From NCBI GenBank assembly GCA_016297775.1, contig JAEDGA010000003.1, positions 2,535 to 66,534 of the forward strand: a stretch of DNA of 64,000 bases, in the 5' to 3' direction. The DNA comes from Candidatus Methanomethylophilaceae archaeon. Its GTDB lineage: Archaea; Thermoplasmatota; Thermoplasmata; Methanomassiliicoccales; Methanomethylophilaceae. The notes under the pieces were generated by a model. The model did not search any database. It saw only the letters and a list, made by a program, of their open reading frames with translations, and was not told the DNA's origin. Shown here in pieces: positions 1-9,900 of this stretch. Each line of letters begins with the position of its first letter. The first letter of the stretch is position 1. The position numbers and the translations under genes are program-made.

Positions 1-1
1 C

Positions 2-295
2 ATAGTCGCCCACGAGCCCCGTCTGGTCGGAATCAACGGATTCAGGTTCGAGATCCCCATGTCCGGAGGTATGCTCCTCGCCCGCTACAGGGACACTCCC
101 GGTACCATCGGTAAGGTCGGAAAGGTCCTCGGGGACAACGGCGTGAACATCGCCATGATGTCCGTCGGAAGGGACGCACCCAAGGGCACCGCTGTCATGG
201 CGCTCAGCGTGGACGATCCCATCTCGGACGAAGTTCTCAAGTTGGTGGACGAGGCCTCCGGATTCGAGGACTCTAAATACATCTACATCGAGTGA
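2..295 (+). CDS. serA: D-3-phosphoglycerate dehydrogenase, C-terminal ACT domain (5' end lies outside window)
   Basis: Frame 2 is open from the window edge. EPRLVGINGFRFEIPMSGGMLLARYRDTPGTIGKVGKVLGDNGVNIAMMSVGR fits the SerA C-terminal ACT regulatory domain pattern. TGA at 293-295. Confidence 0.7.
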   Translation: MVAHEPRLVGINGFRFEIPMSGGMLLARYRDTPGTIGKVGKVLGDNGVNIAMMSVGRDAPKGTAVMALSVDDPISDEVLKLVDEASGFEDSKYIYIE

Positions 296-693
296 ATCGT
301 ATGAAGGGAATCGTCACAGTCGAGGAACTCACGCAGGCCATCCGCAACAGTCCGAACAACAGGGGTATCGAAGAGGATGCGGCATACAATCTCGCGATCC
401 ACATCCTCAACTTCTTCGGTTATTCGGATAGGATCATCGACAACATCCTCGAGCCCGAGGACCGTGATACCTTCTACATGCTGGAGGACGCCTCCATCCT
501 GACCACCGAGAGGGAGGAGACCACCCTCTACGACGGAAGGGAGTGGAGGATCCACTACTGGCTCTTCAGACGTGAGAAGATCGCGGACCTCATCAACGAC
601 ATCCGTCCCGAGGATAAGGTGTCCGACGACATCGGATTCCCCATGGATGACGAGGATATCTGGCAGAGGCCCAGCAGGGACATAGCATCCTGA
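292..693 (+). CDS. hypothetical acidic protein, 133 aa, no family recognised
   Basis: GTG at 292 overlaps the serA stop (GTGA); alternative ATG at 301. Codon usage matches neighbours (C/G-ending, AAG/GAG/ATC). The ORF fills the serA-xpd gap. Confidence 0.55.
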   Translation: MNRMKGIVTVEELTQAIRNSPNNRGIEEDAAYNLAIHILNFFGYSDRIIDNILEPEDRDTFYMLEDASILTTEREETTLYDGREWRIHYWLFRREKIADLINDIRPEDKVSDDIGFPMDDEDIWQRPSRDIAS

Positions 694-704
694 ATGCCAG
701 GCGT

Positions 705-2651
705 ATGATCGAAGGTCTGCCCTATGAACCGAGGCCGGGTCAGGACCGGTTGATACGTTTCATAACCGATTCCTTGGAATCGGGCAGACACTCGGTCGTG
801 GAGTCCGGTACCGGCACCGGGAAGACCGTCAGCGCGCTGGCGGCCACGGTGCCCTTCGCCAAGCGCAACGGGAAGCGTGTGGTTTTTCTTACAAGGACCA
901 AGTCGCAACAGAAGCAGATAATGTCCGAGCTTCGTGCGATGTCGTCCGTCATCGATGTATTCGGTATCGCGGTACAGGGACGTTCCGTCACCACCTGTCC
1001 GAGGATGGCATCCGATCCCGAACTCAGGACGGGATCGCCGGAGGAGATGTCCCGCCTGTGCTCTCATCTGAAATCCAAGAAGGACGGGACCGGTTGCCCG
1101 TACTTCGATTCCATGCGCGATGCGGACATCGATGTGATCGTGGACGGACTCAGGGATCTTATGCCCGATCCGGAGACGTTCGCATCCCTGTGTGCGAAGG
1201 ACGGTTATTGTCCGTACGAGATGATGAAGGCGGCGATACCGTTCGCGGATGTGATCTCCGCGCCATACACGTTCATGGTGATGCCGAACATACGCAGACA
1301 TTTCCTGGGATGGATGAACGCCACCGAGCAGGACATCATAATCGTGGTGGACGAGGCTCACAACCTCCCGGATTATCTGAGGGATGCATTCACATCGGAA
1401 TATACGGTACGCGCATTGTCCTATGCGGAGGCGGAGGCCAAGAGGGAGGGCGATCCGGAGGTGTCCGCCGGCATAACCGTCACGGATGTCGTATCCGCCA
1501 TGAGGTCCTGCTTCGTGGAGGCCAACATGGAGTATCTCCGCGATACCGACGGGCTGATACCCTACGGTTTCCTGCAGGAATCGCTGATGGGTTCGCTCCA
1601 CGTACCGTCCCCGATATTGGAGGCAGTGTTCAGGAACATGTCCGAACTGGGTGAGATAATAAGGGAACGTTTGAAGTCCCAGCACCGTCTCCCGAGGTCC
1701 CACATAGGCTCGCTGGGGGATTTCCTTCAGTTCTGGACCCGTTGCGACGATATGTCGTACGTCAGATTGATCAACGGCGGCGAGAACCATTCCCTGGAGG
1801 CGTATTGCATGGACCCGTACGAGGCTGCCGCACCGTTCAGGGATTGTTACGCATCCGTCCATATGTCCGGTACGTTGGAACCGATCCCGGATTATGTGAT
1901 GTCATTGGGGTTGGAGAGGTGCAATCATGCATCCTTCCCCTCACCCTTCGATCCGGACAATCTGCTGACGCTGTACGTGGACGATGTAACCACCAGACAC
2001 AACGACCTCCAACTGGATCCGGACAACATAGATCGCATAATGGACCACATAGTGGACCTGGTCAACGGCGTGGGCCGTAATACCGCCGTGTTCTTCCCAT
2101 CATACGAGATGATGAACCGTTTCGTCGTCAAAGGGTTGCAGGACAGGTTGGAGGGAGATGTCTATACAGAGATCAGAGGCATGAGCCAGGCCGAGTTGAT
2201 GGATACCGTGGACGGTTTCAGGTCGTCCACGGGAGGGATACTGTTCGCGGTCACCGGGGGACGTATAAGCGAGGGCCTGGACTTCCCCAGCAGGGATCTG
2301 GAACTGGCGATAATCGTAGGTCTCCCCTATCCAAGACCCAGCGCTAAGAAGGACGCACTGATCAGATACTGCCAGTACCGTTTCGATGACGGCTGGAACT
2401 ATGTGGTCAGGATGCCCATGGCCAGGAAGATGAGGCAGGCAAGAGGCCGTCTGATAAGATCGGAGGATGACCGGGGCGCAGCCGTCGTACTGGATTCCAG
2501 GGCGTTGCAGATCCCGGGATTCGGAGCCATACTGTCCCATGATCCGGTTAACGATTGCAACTCATTCTTCGACGGGCTTGTCACACCCACCGAGCTCGGG
2601 ATAAGACGCAGGATCGTGGCGGACAATCAGATATCTGACGATCATCCATAA
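705..2651 (+). CDS. xpd: XPD/Rad3-family ATP-dependent DNA helicase (Fe-S helicase)
   Basis: Walker A ESGTGTGKT and DEAH box VVDEAHNL. Four Cys are spaced as in the XPD 4Fe-4S domain (TTCPRM, LCSHL, GCPYF, YCPYE). 648 aa. Confidence 0.9.
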   Translation: MIEGLPYEPRPGQDRLIRFITDSLESGRHSVVESGTGTGKTVSALAATVPFAKRNGKRVVFLTRTKSQQKQIMSELRAMSSVIDVFGIAVQGRSVTTCPRMASDPELRTGSPEEMSRLCSHLKSKKDGTGCPYFDSMRDADIDVIVDGLRDLMPDPETFASLCAKDGYCPYEMMKAAIPFADVISAPYTFMVMPNIRRHFLGWMNATEQDIIIVVDEAHNLPDYLRDAFTSEYTVRALSYAEAEAKREGDPEVSAGITVTDVVSAMRSCFVEANMEYLRDTDGLIPYGFLQESLMGSLHVPSPILEAVFRNMSELGEIIRERLKSQHRLPRSHIGSLGDFLQFWTRCDDMSYVRLINGGENHSLEAYCMDPYEAAAPFRDCYASVHMSGTLEPIPDYVMSLGLERCNHASFPSPFDPDNLLTLYVDDVTTRHNDLQLDPDNIDRIMDHIVDLVNGVGRNTAVFFPSYEMMNRFVVKGLQDRLEGDVYTEIRGMSQAELMDTVDGFRSSTGGILFAVTGGRISEGLDFPSRDLELAIIVGLPYPRPSAKKDALIRYCQYRFDDGWNYVVRMPMARKMRQARGRLIRSEDDRGAAVVLDSRALQIPGFGAILSHDPVNDCNSFFDGLVTPTELGIRRRIVADNQISDDHP

Positions 2652-3854
2652 CAGTACCAGCAGCAGAACGTTCCTTACAACCAGTATCAGTATGCCCGGT
2701 AACGAGAACGGATCCCCCGCATCCCTGAACGCATAGTTGACGATCATGTTGGCCTGTGTCAGGACGATGGAACCTACGAACACGCGCACGCTGCGTCCGT
2801 ATGCCCCTTCGCTCAGAAGGACGGCGGCGATCACAACGAAAGGTATGATCCACACAAGGTACTGCGACGACAGTACCTTGCCTATTAGCATGAACAGCAT
2901 GACCGTCAGGAAACAGGTCATGGAGAACAGCGGGAACATATCCTTCTCTTCTCTCCTGTTGATCATGTACGCGTACGCCGCGTACGTGACCAATATCATG
3001 ATTATCGTGATGTAGAGTATCCCGCCGGCTATGGCGTCGGGTACCGATCCGGTGATGTTGTCGGAACCGTAACTGAACGCATATCCGATGTCGACCATAC
3101 CGAAGTATCCGAATAACATGAGGAACGATGATACGATCGCCTCGGTCTGCATCCCTCTGTCCATGTGGTATGTGAGGAACATGAACATGCTCTCCGGGTC
3201 GGCTATCAGGAAGGGCAGCATGGATGCGCATCCTATCGCGAGACAGATGGCGATGCCCTTCAAAGCAGAGGAATAATCCCTCTTCGATATCAGATATATG
3301 AGCAGTACGGGTGCCAGCAGTGCGGGATACAGTTTGGTGACGGTACCCAGGGCGATCATGACCCAGGCCAGGTTCAGCCTGTCCGTCCTAACGAAATACA
3401 GCGCCATCACGCACATGATCATCGGAAGCACGTCGTACCTGTCAAGGATGAAATCCAGCAGGATGATGCACAGGACGATGTAGAGGTTGCTGTATACCGA
3501 TGGTCTATCCGTATAATACGATGCCATCCTATGCACGCATATCAATCCTGCAAGCAGGAACAGGTATACCTCCACACCGAACGCGATCTGATATGTGAAG
3601 GACGAGAAGGAGAACAGTCTGGGTATGAGTATCAGGAGCATTGCGAAGGGCGGATATTCGGCATCGAAACCGCTGTACGGCATCTTCATGTCCACCATGG
3701 CCTCCGCATAACGGAAGTACAGCGTACCGACCTCGCTGGCTATACCGCTCAGTTGGAACGCCGTGTAGAATATAGCGGCAGCTATGACGAAGATGATGTT
3801 GAACTTCCTGATCTGTCCTTTGAGACAGTCGTCCATACCGCCGAAAGGTCTCAC
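2562..3854 (-). CDS. polytopic membrane protein, probable GT-C type glycosyltransferase (DUF2029-like)
   Basis: 430 aa with many hydrophobic segments and short loops. Lies next to a GtrA-family gene. The family call is tentative. Confidence 0.55.
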   Translation of the reverse strand: MRPFGGMDDCLKGQIRKFNIIFVIAAAIFYTAFQLSGIASEVGTLYFRYAEAMVDMKMPYSGFDAEYPPFAMLLILIPRLFSFSSFTYQIAFGVEVYLFLLAGLICVHRMASYYTDRPSVYSNLYIVLCIILLDFILDRYDVLPMIMCVMALYFVRTDRLNLAWVMIALGTVTKLYPALLAPVLLIYLISKRDYSSALKGIAICLAIGCASMLPFLIADPESMFMFLTYHMDRGMQTEAIVSSFLMLFGYFGMVDIGYAFSYGSDNITGSVPDAIAGGILYITIIMILVTYAAYAYMINRREEKDMFPLFSMTCFLTVMLFMLIGKVLSSQYLVWIIPFVVIAAVLLSEGAYGRSVRVFVGSIVLTQANMIVNYAFRDAGDPFSLPGILILVVRNVLLLVLLWMIVRYLIVRHDPASYPELGGCDKPVEE

Positions 3855-3899
3855 GTCCGGTAATCTGCAGACCCGATTATAACCCTATGTCCGTGGGCC

Positions 3900-4334
3900 T
3901 CAATCCTTCTTGCGGAAGACCACGAATTTGCTCAGGATGTAGTTGAGCACGATCTCCACTCCAGAGTTCACGCCTCTGGCGAACAGACCGGGGACTCCGA
4001 GGAATACGAAATCCAAGCCGATGCTCATCAGGAACGGGAACAGGACGATGGCGACGAGTCCCGTGAAGATCCTGGATGCGAAGAACTGTACCATCTCGGC
4101 ACCCAACGTCATGGTGTTGGAATCCATGCTCCTGAACACGAAGTACTTGTTGACGAAGAAAGCGAAGACGACGGCGAAGAACCAGGACAATCCGTTGCTG
4201 ACGGCATAATCCACGCCCACCAATGCAAGCAGGGCGTACGAGACCCAGCTTACGAGGACCGTGAGTGCGCCGAATACGATATAGCGAACTCCTTCATCGT
4301 GTTTCTTGACGAACTGTTCGATGTCGTCCCTCAT
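3900..4334 (-). CDS. GtrA-family membrane protein (polyprenyl-phosphate-sugar translocation family)
   Basis: 144 aa with four TM segments. RYIVFGALTVLVSWVSY ... FFVNKYFVFRS is the typical GtrA pattern. Confidence 0.75.
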   Translation of the reverse strand: MRDDIEQFVKKHDEGVRYIVFGALTVLVSWVSYALLALVGVDYAVSNGLSWFFAVVFAFFVNKYFVFRSMDSNTMTLGAEMVQFFASRIFTGLVAIVLFPFLMSIGLDFVFLGVPGLFARGVNSGVEIVLNYILSKFVVFRKKD

Positions 4335-4356
4335 GCCGTCTACTAATGATAGCTGG

Positions 4357-4362
4357 TATAAA
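4357..4362. promoter_or_regulatory. TATA box in the divergent gtrA-like/carS intergenic region
   Basis: GGTATAAATGG lies between divergent starts 4334 (-) and 4443 (+). It overlaps the upstream ATG at 4362, which argues against that start. Confidence 0.45.
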
Positions 4363-4442
4363 TGGTTATCATATGGACATTGTCCGTTGTACCAATCCTA
4401 TTATATGCGCGAGGTTATGGCGTTCCTATAAAGAGGCAGAAC

Positions 4443-5018
4443 ATGGAGATCACAGAGATACTCATGATGGTCGTCATAGGATTCTGGGTATACATCCCGG
4501 CTATGCTCCCCAACTCCAACGCGGCATTGATCGGTGGCGGTACGCCCGTCGATTTCGGAAAGTCTTGGAAGGGCCAGCGCATCTTGGGGGATGGAAAGAC
4601 CTGGCGCGGATTCATCGGCGGAGCACTCAGCGGTGTCCTGATCGGTATCCTGATGATCGGGATCTCGGTACTTTGCGGAAGCGAGGATCACTGGGGATTC
4701 GGACCATCATGGGCAGATAACATCGGACTCCTGTTCTGCATGTCCTTCGGTTCACTCATCGGAGACATGATGGGTTCGTTCGTGAAGAGGAGATTGGGTA
4801 TCGGCAGGGGTGCCAAGGCACCGTTGCTAGATCAGTTCGATTACGTGGTGGGATCCTTCCTGCTGATGGTCATATTCTATCCCGGTTGGGTGTATTCCAC
4901 ATACTTCGAGGGATACCACATAATCGTATTCGTCATGCTCCTCCTGTTCGTGTACGCGTCCCACCGTATCGTGAACATAATCGGATACAAGATGGGTGTC
5001 AAGGACGAACCATGGTGA
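4443..5018 (+). CDS. carS: CDP-archaeol synthase (CDP-2,3-bis-O-geranylgeranyl-sn-glycerol synthase)
   Basis: ALIGGGTPVDFGKSWKGQRILGDGKTWRGFIGG is the CarS (DUF46) signature, on a multi-TM protein. Start chosen at MEITEIL (191 aa) downstream of the TATA box; the ORF track start 4362 is an alternative. Confidence 0.85.
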   Translation: MEITEILMMVVIGFWVYIPAMLPNSNAALIGGGTPVDFGKSWKGQRILGDGKTWRGFIGGALSGVLIGILMIGISVLCGSEDHWGFGPSWADNIGLLFCMSFGSLIGDMMGSFVKRRLGIGRGAKAPLLDQFDYVVGSFLLMVIFYPGWVYSTYFEGYHIIVFVMLLLFVYASHRIVNIIGYKMGVKDEPW

Positions 5019-5022
5019 TCAC

Positions 5023-5544
5023 ATGTCCGTAATGTCCGAAGCATTGGTCGACTGCGGAGCCCTCCAGTTCGGGGACTTCACACTCGCATCCGGAGCCAAG
5101 AGCTCCTATTACATCGATATCAAGAAGGCCAGCACCAACCCCTCCGTCCTCAAGCTGATCGCACAGTTCATGGCCGAGAATCTCAGGAACTCCGGTCTCA
5201 AGGTGGACCGCATCGCCGGGGTCGTGCTGGGTTCCGTCCCTCTCGCCGCCGCACTGGCACTCGAGACCGGGATACCTTACGTCATGATCAGGAAGGAGAA
5301 GAAGGATCACGGTACCGGCAAACTCATCGAGGGAGACCTCCAGTCCGGCGACAAGGTGCTGGTGGTCGAGGATGTGATCACATCCGCAGGCTCCTCCATC
5401 AACGCGATCGAGGTCCTCAGGAAGGAGGGTGCGGTCGTTGAGAACGTGTATTCCGTCATCGACAGGGAGGCCGGCGGTTCCGACAACCTCAAGGCCATCG
5501 GTGTCACGCTCACTCCTCTGGTCAAGGCGTCCGAACTGCTCTGA
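5023..5544 (+). CDS. pyrE: orotate phosphoribosyltransferase
   Basis: GALQFGDFTLASGAKSSYYID plus PRPP-binding loop VLVVEDVITSAGS. ATG at 5023 lies 4 nt after the carS stop. Confidence 0.9.
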   Translation: MSVMSEALVDCGALQFGDFTLASGAKSSYYIDIKKASTNPSVLKLIAQFMAENLRNSGLKVDRIAGVVLGSVPLAAALALETGIPYVMIRKEKKDHGTGKLIEGDLQSGDKVLVVEDVITSAGSSINAIEVLRKEGAVVENVYSVIDREAGGSDNLKAIGVTLTPLVKASELL

Positions 5545-5552
5545 GTGATACG

Positions 5553-6080
5553 GTGCGTCCGGACGCGGATTGTCGTCTTTGCGGTCTCTGCGAGGGCAGG
5601 ACGAACATCGTACTGCCCGATGGGGATCCAGGTGCCAGAGTGGTCATCGTCGGGGAGGGCCCCGGAGAGAATGAGGACATACTAGGCAGGCCGTTCGTCG
5701 GCAGATCGGGCAAGATACTGGAGGACGCCATGGCGTCCGCAGGAATATCGCGTTCAGACGTGCTGATCACCAACACCGTCAAATGCAGACCTCCGGGTAA
5801 TCGCGATCCGACCGCGGAGGAGATGGCCGCCTGCAGACCGTTCCTGGAATCCGAACTGAGCGGTCGCGCTCTCGTCATCGGATTGGGGAGGTCCGCGGTC
5901 AGGGACCTCACCGGTTACGAGGGCAAGCTATCGGACATCGCCAACCGTCTCGATACGATAACCGTGATGGGGGAGGAGATCGATTTCCTACCCACGTATC
6001 ATCCCGCAGCGTGCATATACAACAAGAGTGCCAGATCCGCATTGTCCGAGGCGATGGAGATAGCGGGGCGGTATTTGTGA
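5553..6080 (+). CDS. udg: uracil-DNA glycosylase, family 4
   Basis: CRLCGLCEGRTNIV...GEGPGENEDILGRPFVGRSGKIL...HPAA are family-4 UDG motifs including Fe-S cysteines. GTG start. Confidence 0.85.
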   Translation: MRPDADCRLCGLCEGRTNIVLPDGDPGARVVIVGEGPGENEDILGRPFVGRSGKILEDAMASAGISRSDVLITNTVKCRPPGNRDPTAEEMAACRPFLESELSGRALVIGLGRSAVRDLTGYEGKLSDIANRLDTITVMGEEIDFLPTYHPAACIYNKSARSALSEAMEIAGRYL

Positions 6081-6847
6081 CATCCTTCGTATTCGATATG
6101 GACGGTACGATCTATCTCGGGGAGCGTCCGATCCCGGGCGCGGTGGAGTTCATATCCGAACTCAACAGGAGAGGGATCGATTACAGGTTCCTGACCAACA
6201 ACTCCTCCCACGGACGCAGGTTCTACAGCGACAGACTGGCACGTATGGGATTCGATGTGGACCCGTCTTCGATACTCACTTCCACCGTTGCCACCGCCGC
6301 GTACATCAGGGACAGGCATCCGGGGTGTTCGGTGTACCCGGTCGGCGTTCCGGATTTCGTGGAAGAGATCGTATCCGCAGGTATCCCGATCGATGAGGAT
6401 GATCCGGACATAGTCCTGTTGGCGTTCGACAGGACGATCACATACGAAAAGATCAACCGCGCATACAGGCTCCTGAAGAAGGGCAAGGTGTTCATAGCCA
6501 CGCATCCGGACGACCTGTGTCCCGCGGAGGACGGTTACGACATAGACATCGGGCCGTTCATAAGGATGTTCGAGCAGATGACCGGTGCGAAGGCGACCGT
6601 GATAGGCAAACCCAATCCTGCCATGTTGAAGATGGCGGCCAAGGACATGGGGTGCGATATCACGGACATTGTCATGGTCGGCGACCGTCTGTACACCGAC
6701 ATAAAGATGGCATACGACTGCGGGATCCGTTCCGTTGCCGTACTTTCGGGGGAGACCACACGCGAGGACATAGCCGGTTCGGACATAGTCCCCACGTACA
6801 TCCTCGACAGCGTATCCGACATATCCCGTATCCTCACAGACCTGTGA
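6077..6847 (+). CDS. HAD-superfamily hydrolase, subfamily IIA (NagD-like sugar phosphatase)
   Basis: FVFDMDGTIY (DxDGT nucleophile motif), FLTNNSS and VGDRLYTDI. GTG at 6077 overlaps the udg stop (GTGA). The ORF track start 6011 lies inside udg. Confidence 0.8.
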   Translation: MTSFVFDMDGTIYLGERPIPGAVEFISELNRRGIDYRFLTNNSSHGRRFYSDRLARMGFDVDPSSILTSTVATAAYIRDRHPGCSVYPVGVPDFVEEIVSAGIPIDEDDPDIVLLAFDRTITYEKINRAYRLLKKGKVFIATHPDDLCPAEDGYDIDIGPFIRMFEQMTGAKATVIGKPNPAMLKMAAKDMGCDITDIVMVGDRLYTDIKMAYDCGIRSVAVLSGETTREDIAGSDIVPTYILDSVSDISRILTDL

Positions 6848-6902
6848 CGGGGCATGTATTCGCCGTTAAATATTCCCTTCTCGCGCGCGATTCCAATCGA
6901 CT

Positions 6903-6911
6903 TTATATAAC
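6903..6911 (+). promoter_or_regulatory. candidate TATA box upstream of smc
   Basis: CTTTATATAACAATATTTTG about 90 nt upstream of the smc ATG, in an AT-rich patch within GC-rich surroundings. Confidence 0.4.
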
Positions 6912-6928
6912 AATATTTTGTTAAAGTA

Positions 6929-6989
6929 ATGCTCGAGAGAGCATGGGATGCAAACCGGGCGTGAGCCTATTTCGTCCCCCTGAGGGGGA
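6929..6989 (+). promoter_or_regulatory. two hairpins in the smc leader
   Basis: ATGCTC-GAGA-GAGCAT (6929-6944, a GNRA-type loop) and TCCCCC-TGA-GGGGGA (6975-6989). The second covers the purine-rich SD-like GAGGGGGAT 6 nt before ATG 6996. Confidence 0.4.
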
Positions 6990-6995
6990 TTTCAG

Positions 6996-9900
6996 ATGTA
7001 TTTGAAGCAGGTCGAGTTGGAGAACTTCAAGTCATTCGGGGGAAAGATGACCATCCCCCTTATGGAAGGGTATATGGCAGTCACGGGACCGAACGGTTCC
7101 GGAAAATCGAACATCACGGACGCGATCCTCTTCGTCCTCGGACCTAAGAGCTCCAAGGCGATAAGGGCGGGGAAGCTCACCGATCTCATTTTCGACGGGG
7201 GGAAGACCGGGAAGAAAGCATCCTACACCAAGGTATCGCTCGTCTTCGACAACTCCGACGGCATACTGCCGTGGAACGACACCGTCGTCAGGCTCACGCG
7301 TCTCGTGAAGATGTCCGCCAACGGTGAGGACTACACTTCCAGCTTCTTCATCAACGATCAGAAATCCACGCTGTCCGAGTTCGAGAGCCTGCTTTCCAAG
7401 GCGCGTATCTCCGCGGACGGGTACAACATGGTCCAGCAGGGTGATGTCACCAGGATCGTACAGATGGGTTCGGTGGAGAGGAGACGCGTACTCGACAGCA
7501 TCTCGGGCATCTCCAGCTACGATGCGGACATCTCACGCGCACAGGGGGAGAGATCCGCCGCCAACACCAACCTGGAACGTGTGACGTTCATCCTCGAGGA
7601 ACTGTCCCGCAGGATCGATGTCCTCAGGAAGGATATGGATGCCGCACAGAAGTATCTCTCCATACAGGGACGTCTCAGGATGTCCAAGGCACAGCTCGTC
7701 CACAGGAACGCGGAAGACTGCCGCAACACCAGGGCCGCATCGATCAGGAACAGGGATTCCACACGTATAGAGCTCGATGGGATCGTCGCCACCATCGAAA
7801 GGATGAACGCGGACATCGAATCCTACAGGAAATCGATCGAGGATGTCGAGGAGGAGATCATCCAGCGTGCAGGTCCCGAATACAAGAAGATCGGCGACGA
7901 CATCCTCAAAATCTCCATCGAGATAGCGAATCTCAGCGATCGCATAACCCGCATGGAGGAGGAGAACGAAGAATTCGATTCCAATATCGACGGGGATACC
8001 AGGACCATAGCATCCTACGACGAGGAGATCCGCAGGTACTCCGAGGAGATAGATGCCAACAAGAGAACGATCGGGGAGAAGACCGTGGAGATGGACGCCG
8101 CCAATGCGGAGCTCATGAGGGTGGAGGATGAACTTCGCAGCAAGGGCGGAAAGCTCAAGGAACTCCAGGAAGAACTCGAAGCGTTGGAGCCGAAGATCGA
8201 TGAATGGTCCAACAAGGAGACCGAACTCAAGACCTCCGCAGCATCCCTGGGGGCCAGGAAGGAACAGATATCGCGTTCGTTGGCATCCGTCGAGGAGTCA
8301 CTCTCCGAGGTGGTGTTCAACATCAAGGATACCGAATACTCGCTCAGGGAGACCAAGAAGGATCTGAAGGACAACGGTGCTGATGTCATTCGTGCCAAGA
8401 TCGCGGAGGAGAAGGCGAAGGAGAAGGAGCTCGAGACGAAGGAGGACGAGCTCACATCCGCCGCATCACGCATCAACGAGGAATATTTACATCTGAAGGC
8501 TGAGAAGAAGGCCACCGATGCCATCCGCGGTTCCGCCGCGGTATCCCGTGTGATGGAGCTCAGGGACACCGGTGCGTTGAACGGTATCCACGGTACCATA
8601 ATGGAGCTCGCATCCGTGGACAAGAAGTACGAGACCGCTCTGTCCATAGCCGCAGGCAACAAGATGCAGGCCATCGTCGTGGATGACGACCAGGTGGCCG
8701 CGGATGCCATGAAGATAATCAAGGAGGAGAACCTAGGTCGTGCCACCTTCCTTCCGTTGAACAAGATGATGGATGGAAAACCCCGTGCCAAGGCCATAAT
8801 GGTGGCGAAGGATACCGAGGGTTACGCGATCGATCTGATCGATTTCGACGATATGTACCGTTCGGCGTTCTGGTATGTGTTCGCCGACACACTGGTATGC
8901 CGTACGCTCACCGATGCGAGGAAGATCATGGGAGGCATCAGGCTCGTCACCATGGACGGAGAGCTTCTGGAAGCATCCGGAGCCATGGTGGGAGGTTCCA
9001 TCAAAAATACCGGACTGAAATTCGGTGCCGCATCGCAGGGGAAGATGGATGAGCTTGCAGAGAAGTATCGTGCAGTGTCCGCATCCTTGAATTCCGTCAA
9101 GGACGAGATCAAGGAGGTCCGTGCCAATCTCAGGGGGTTGGAGGACAAACTCCTGGATGCCGCGAAGATCAACAGCGACGTACAAGGCAAGATCGGAAGG
9201 ATGGAGTCCCAATTGAAGGTCATGCAGGATGAGAAGGCTCGTCTGGAGGAATCCCAGAACAACAGCAGGTCGCTTTTGGCCCAGATCGAGAACCTGGAGA
9301 AGGAGAACCTCGACGAACTGAAGCAGTGCACCGGATCGTTGGAGACCATGAGGGACACCAGGTCGAAACTCAGGGACGACATCTCCAAGATCGCACCTGC
9401 AGAGCTCAGGGACGCTCTCGATTCCCTCCGTGCCAAGGTCTACAATCTGAACAAGGAGATCCTCGATATCAGCGGTTGCAACACCGAACTCCTGTCCAAG
9501 CGCAACGGTCTCGACAACAGCAAGGCGATGTTGGCCCGCAACATCTCCTCTTACAAGGAGAGGATCTCGTCCAATCTGGAGAAGATCAATAACAACAAGG
9601 CCAATATAGATAAGAAATCCGTCGAAAAGTCTGCGATGGAGGATATCAAGGCCAAGATGGATGAGGGCATAGCGGACCTCAATGCCAAGAAGGAAGGATT
9701 CAGGGTGTCCTTGGCCACCACGGATACCGAGAGGAAACAGGCCCTTTCCGATAAGGATGCGAAGGAGACCCTTCTCATGACCTTGGACAAGGCCGTGGTC
9801 GATCTTGACGATGAGATCGCGCAGTTGGATGTGGAGATCGCGCAGATCGGTTTCGAGGTCGAGAGACCGATCCCCTCCGAGAACGAACTCAAACGTCTCA

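Noticed and set aside
555-1862. 435-aa minus-strand ORF inside xpd
   Set aside because: It is antisense to XPD helicase motifs. Other long antisense ORFs (10322-11680, 23122-24210, 27575-28480, 29031-29972, 35312-36508, 38758-39633, 41302-42216, 62099-63184) are rejected for the same reason.
4362-4442. Extended start for carS (218-aa version)
   Set aside because: The ATG at 4362 lies inside the TATA-like GGTATAAATGG of the divergent promoter. The 191-aa version starting at 4443 matches typical CarS length.
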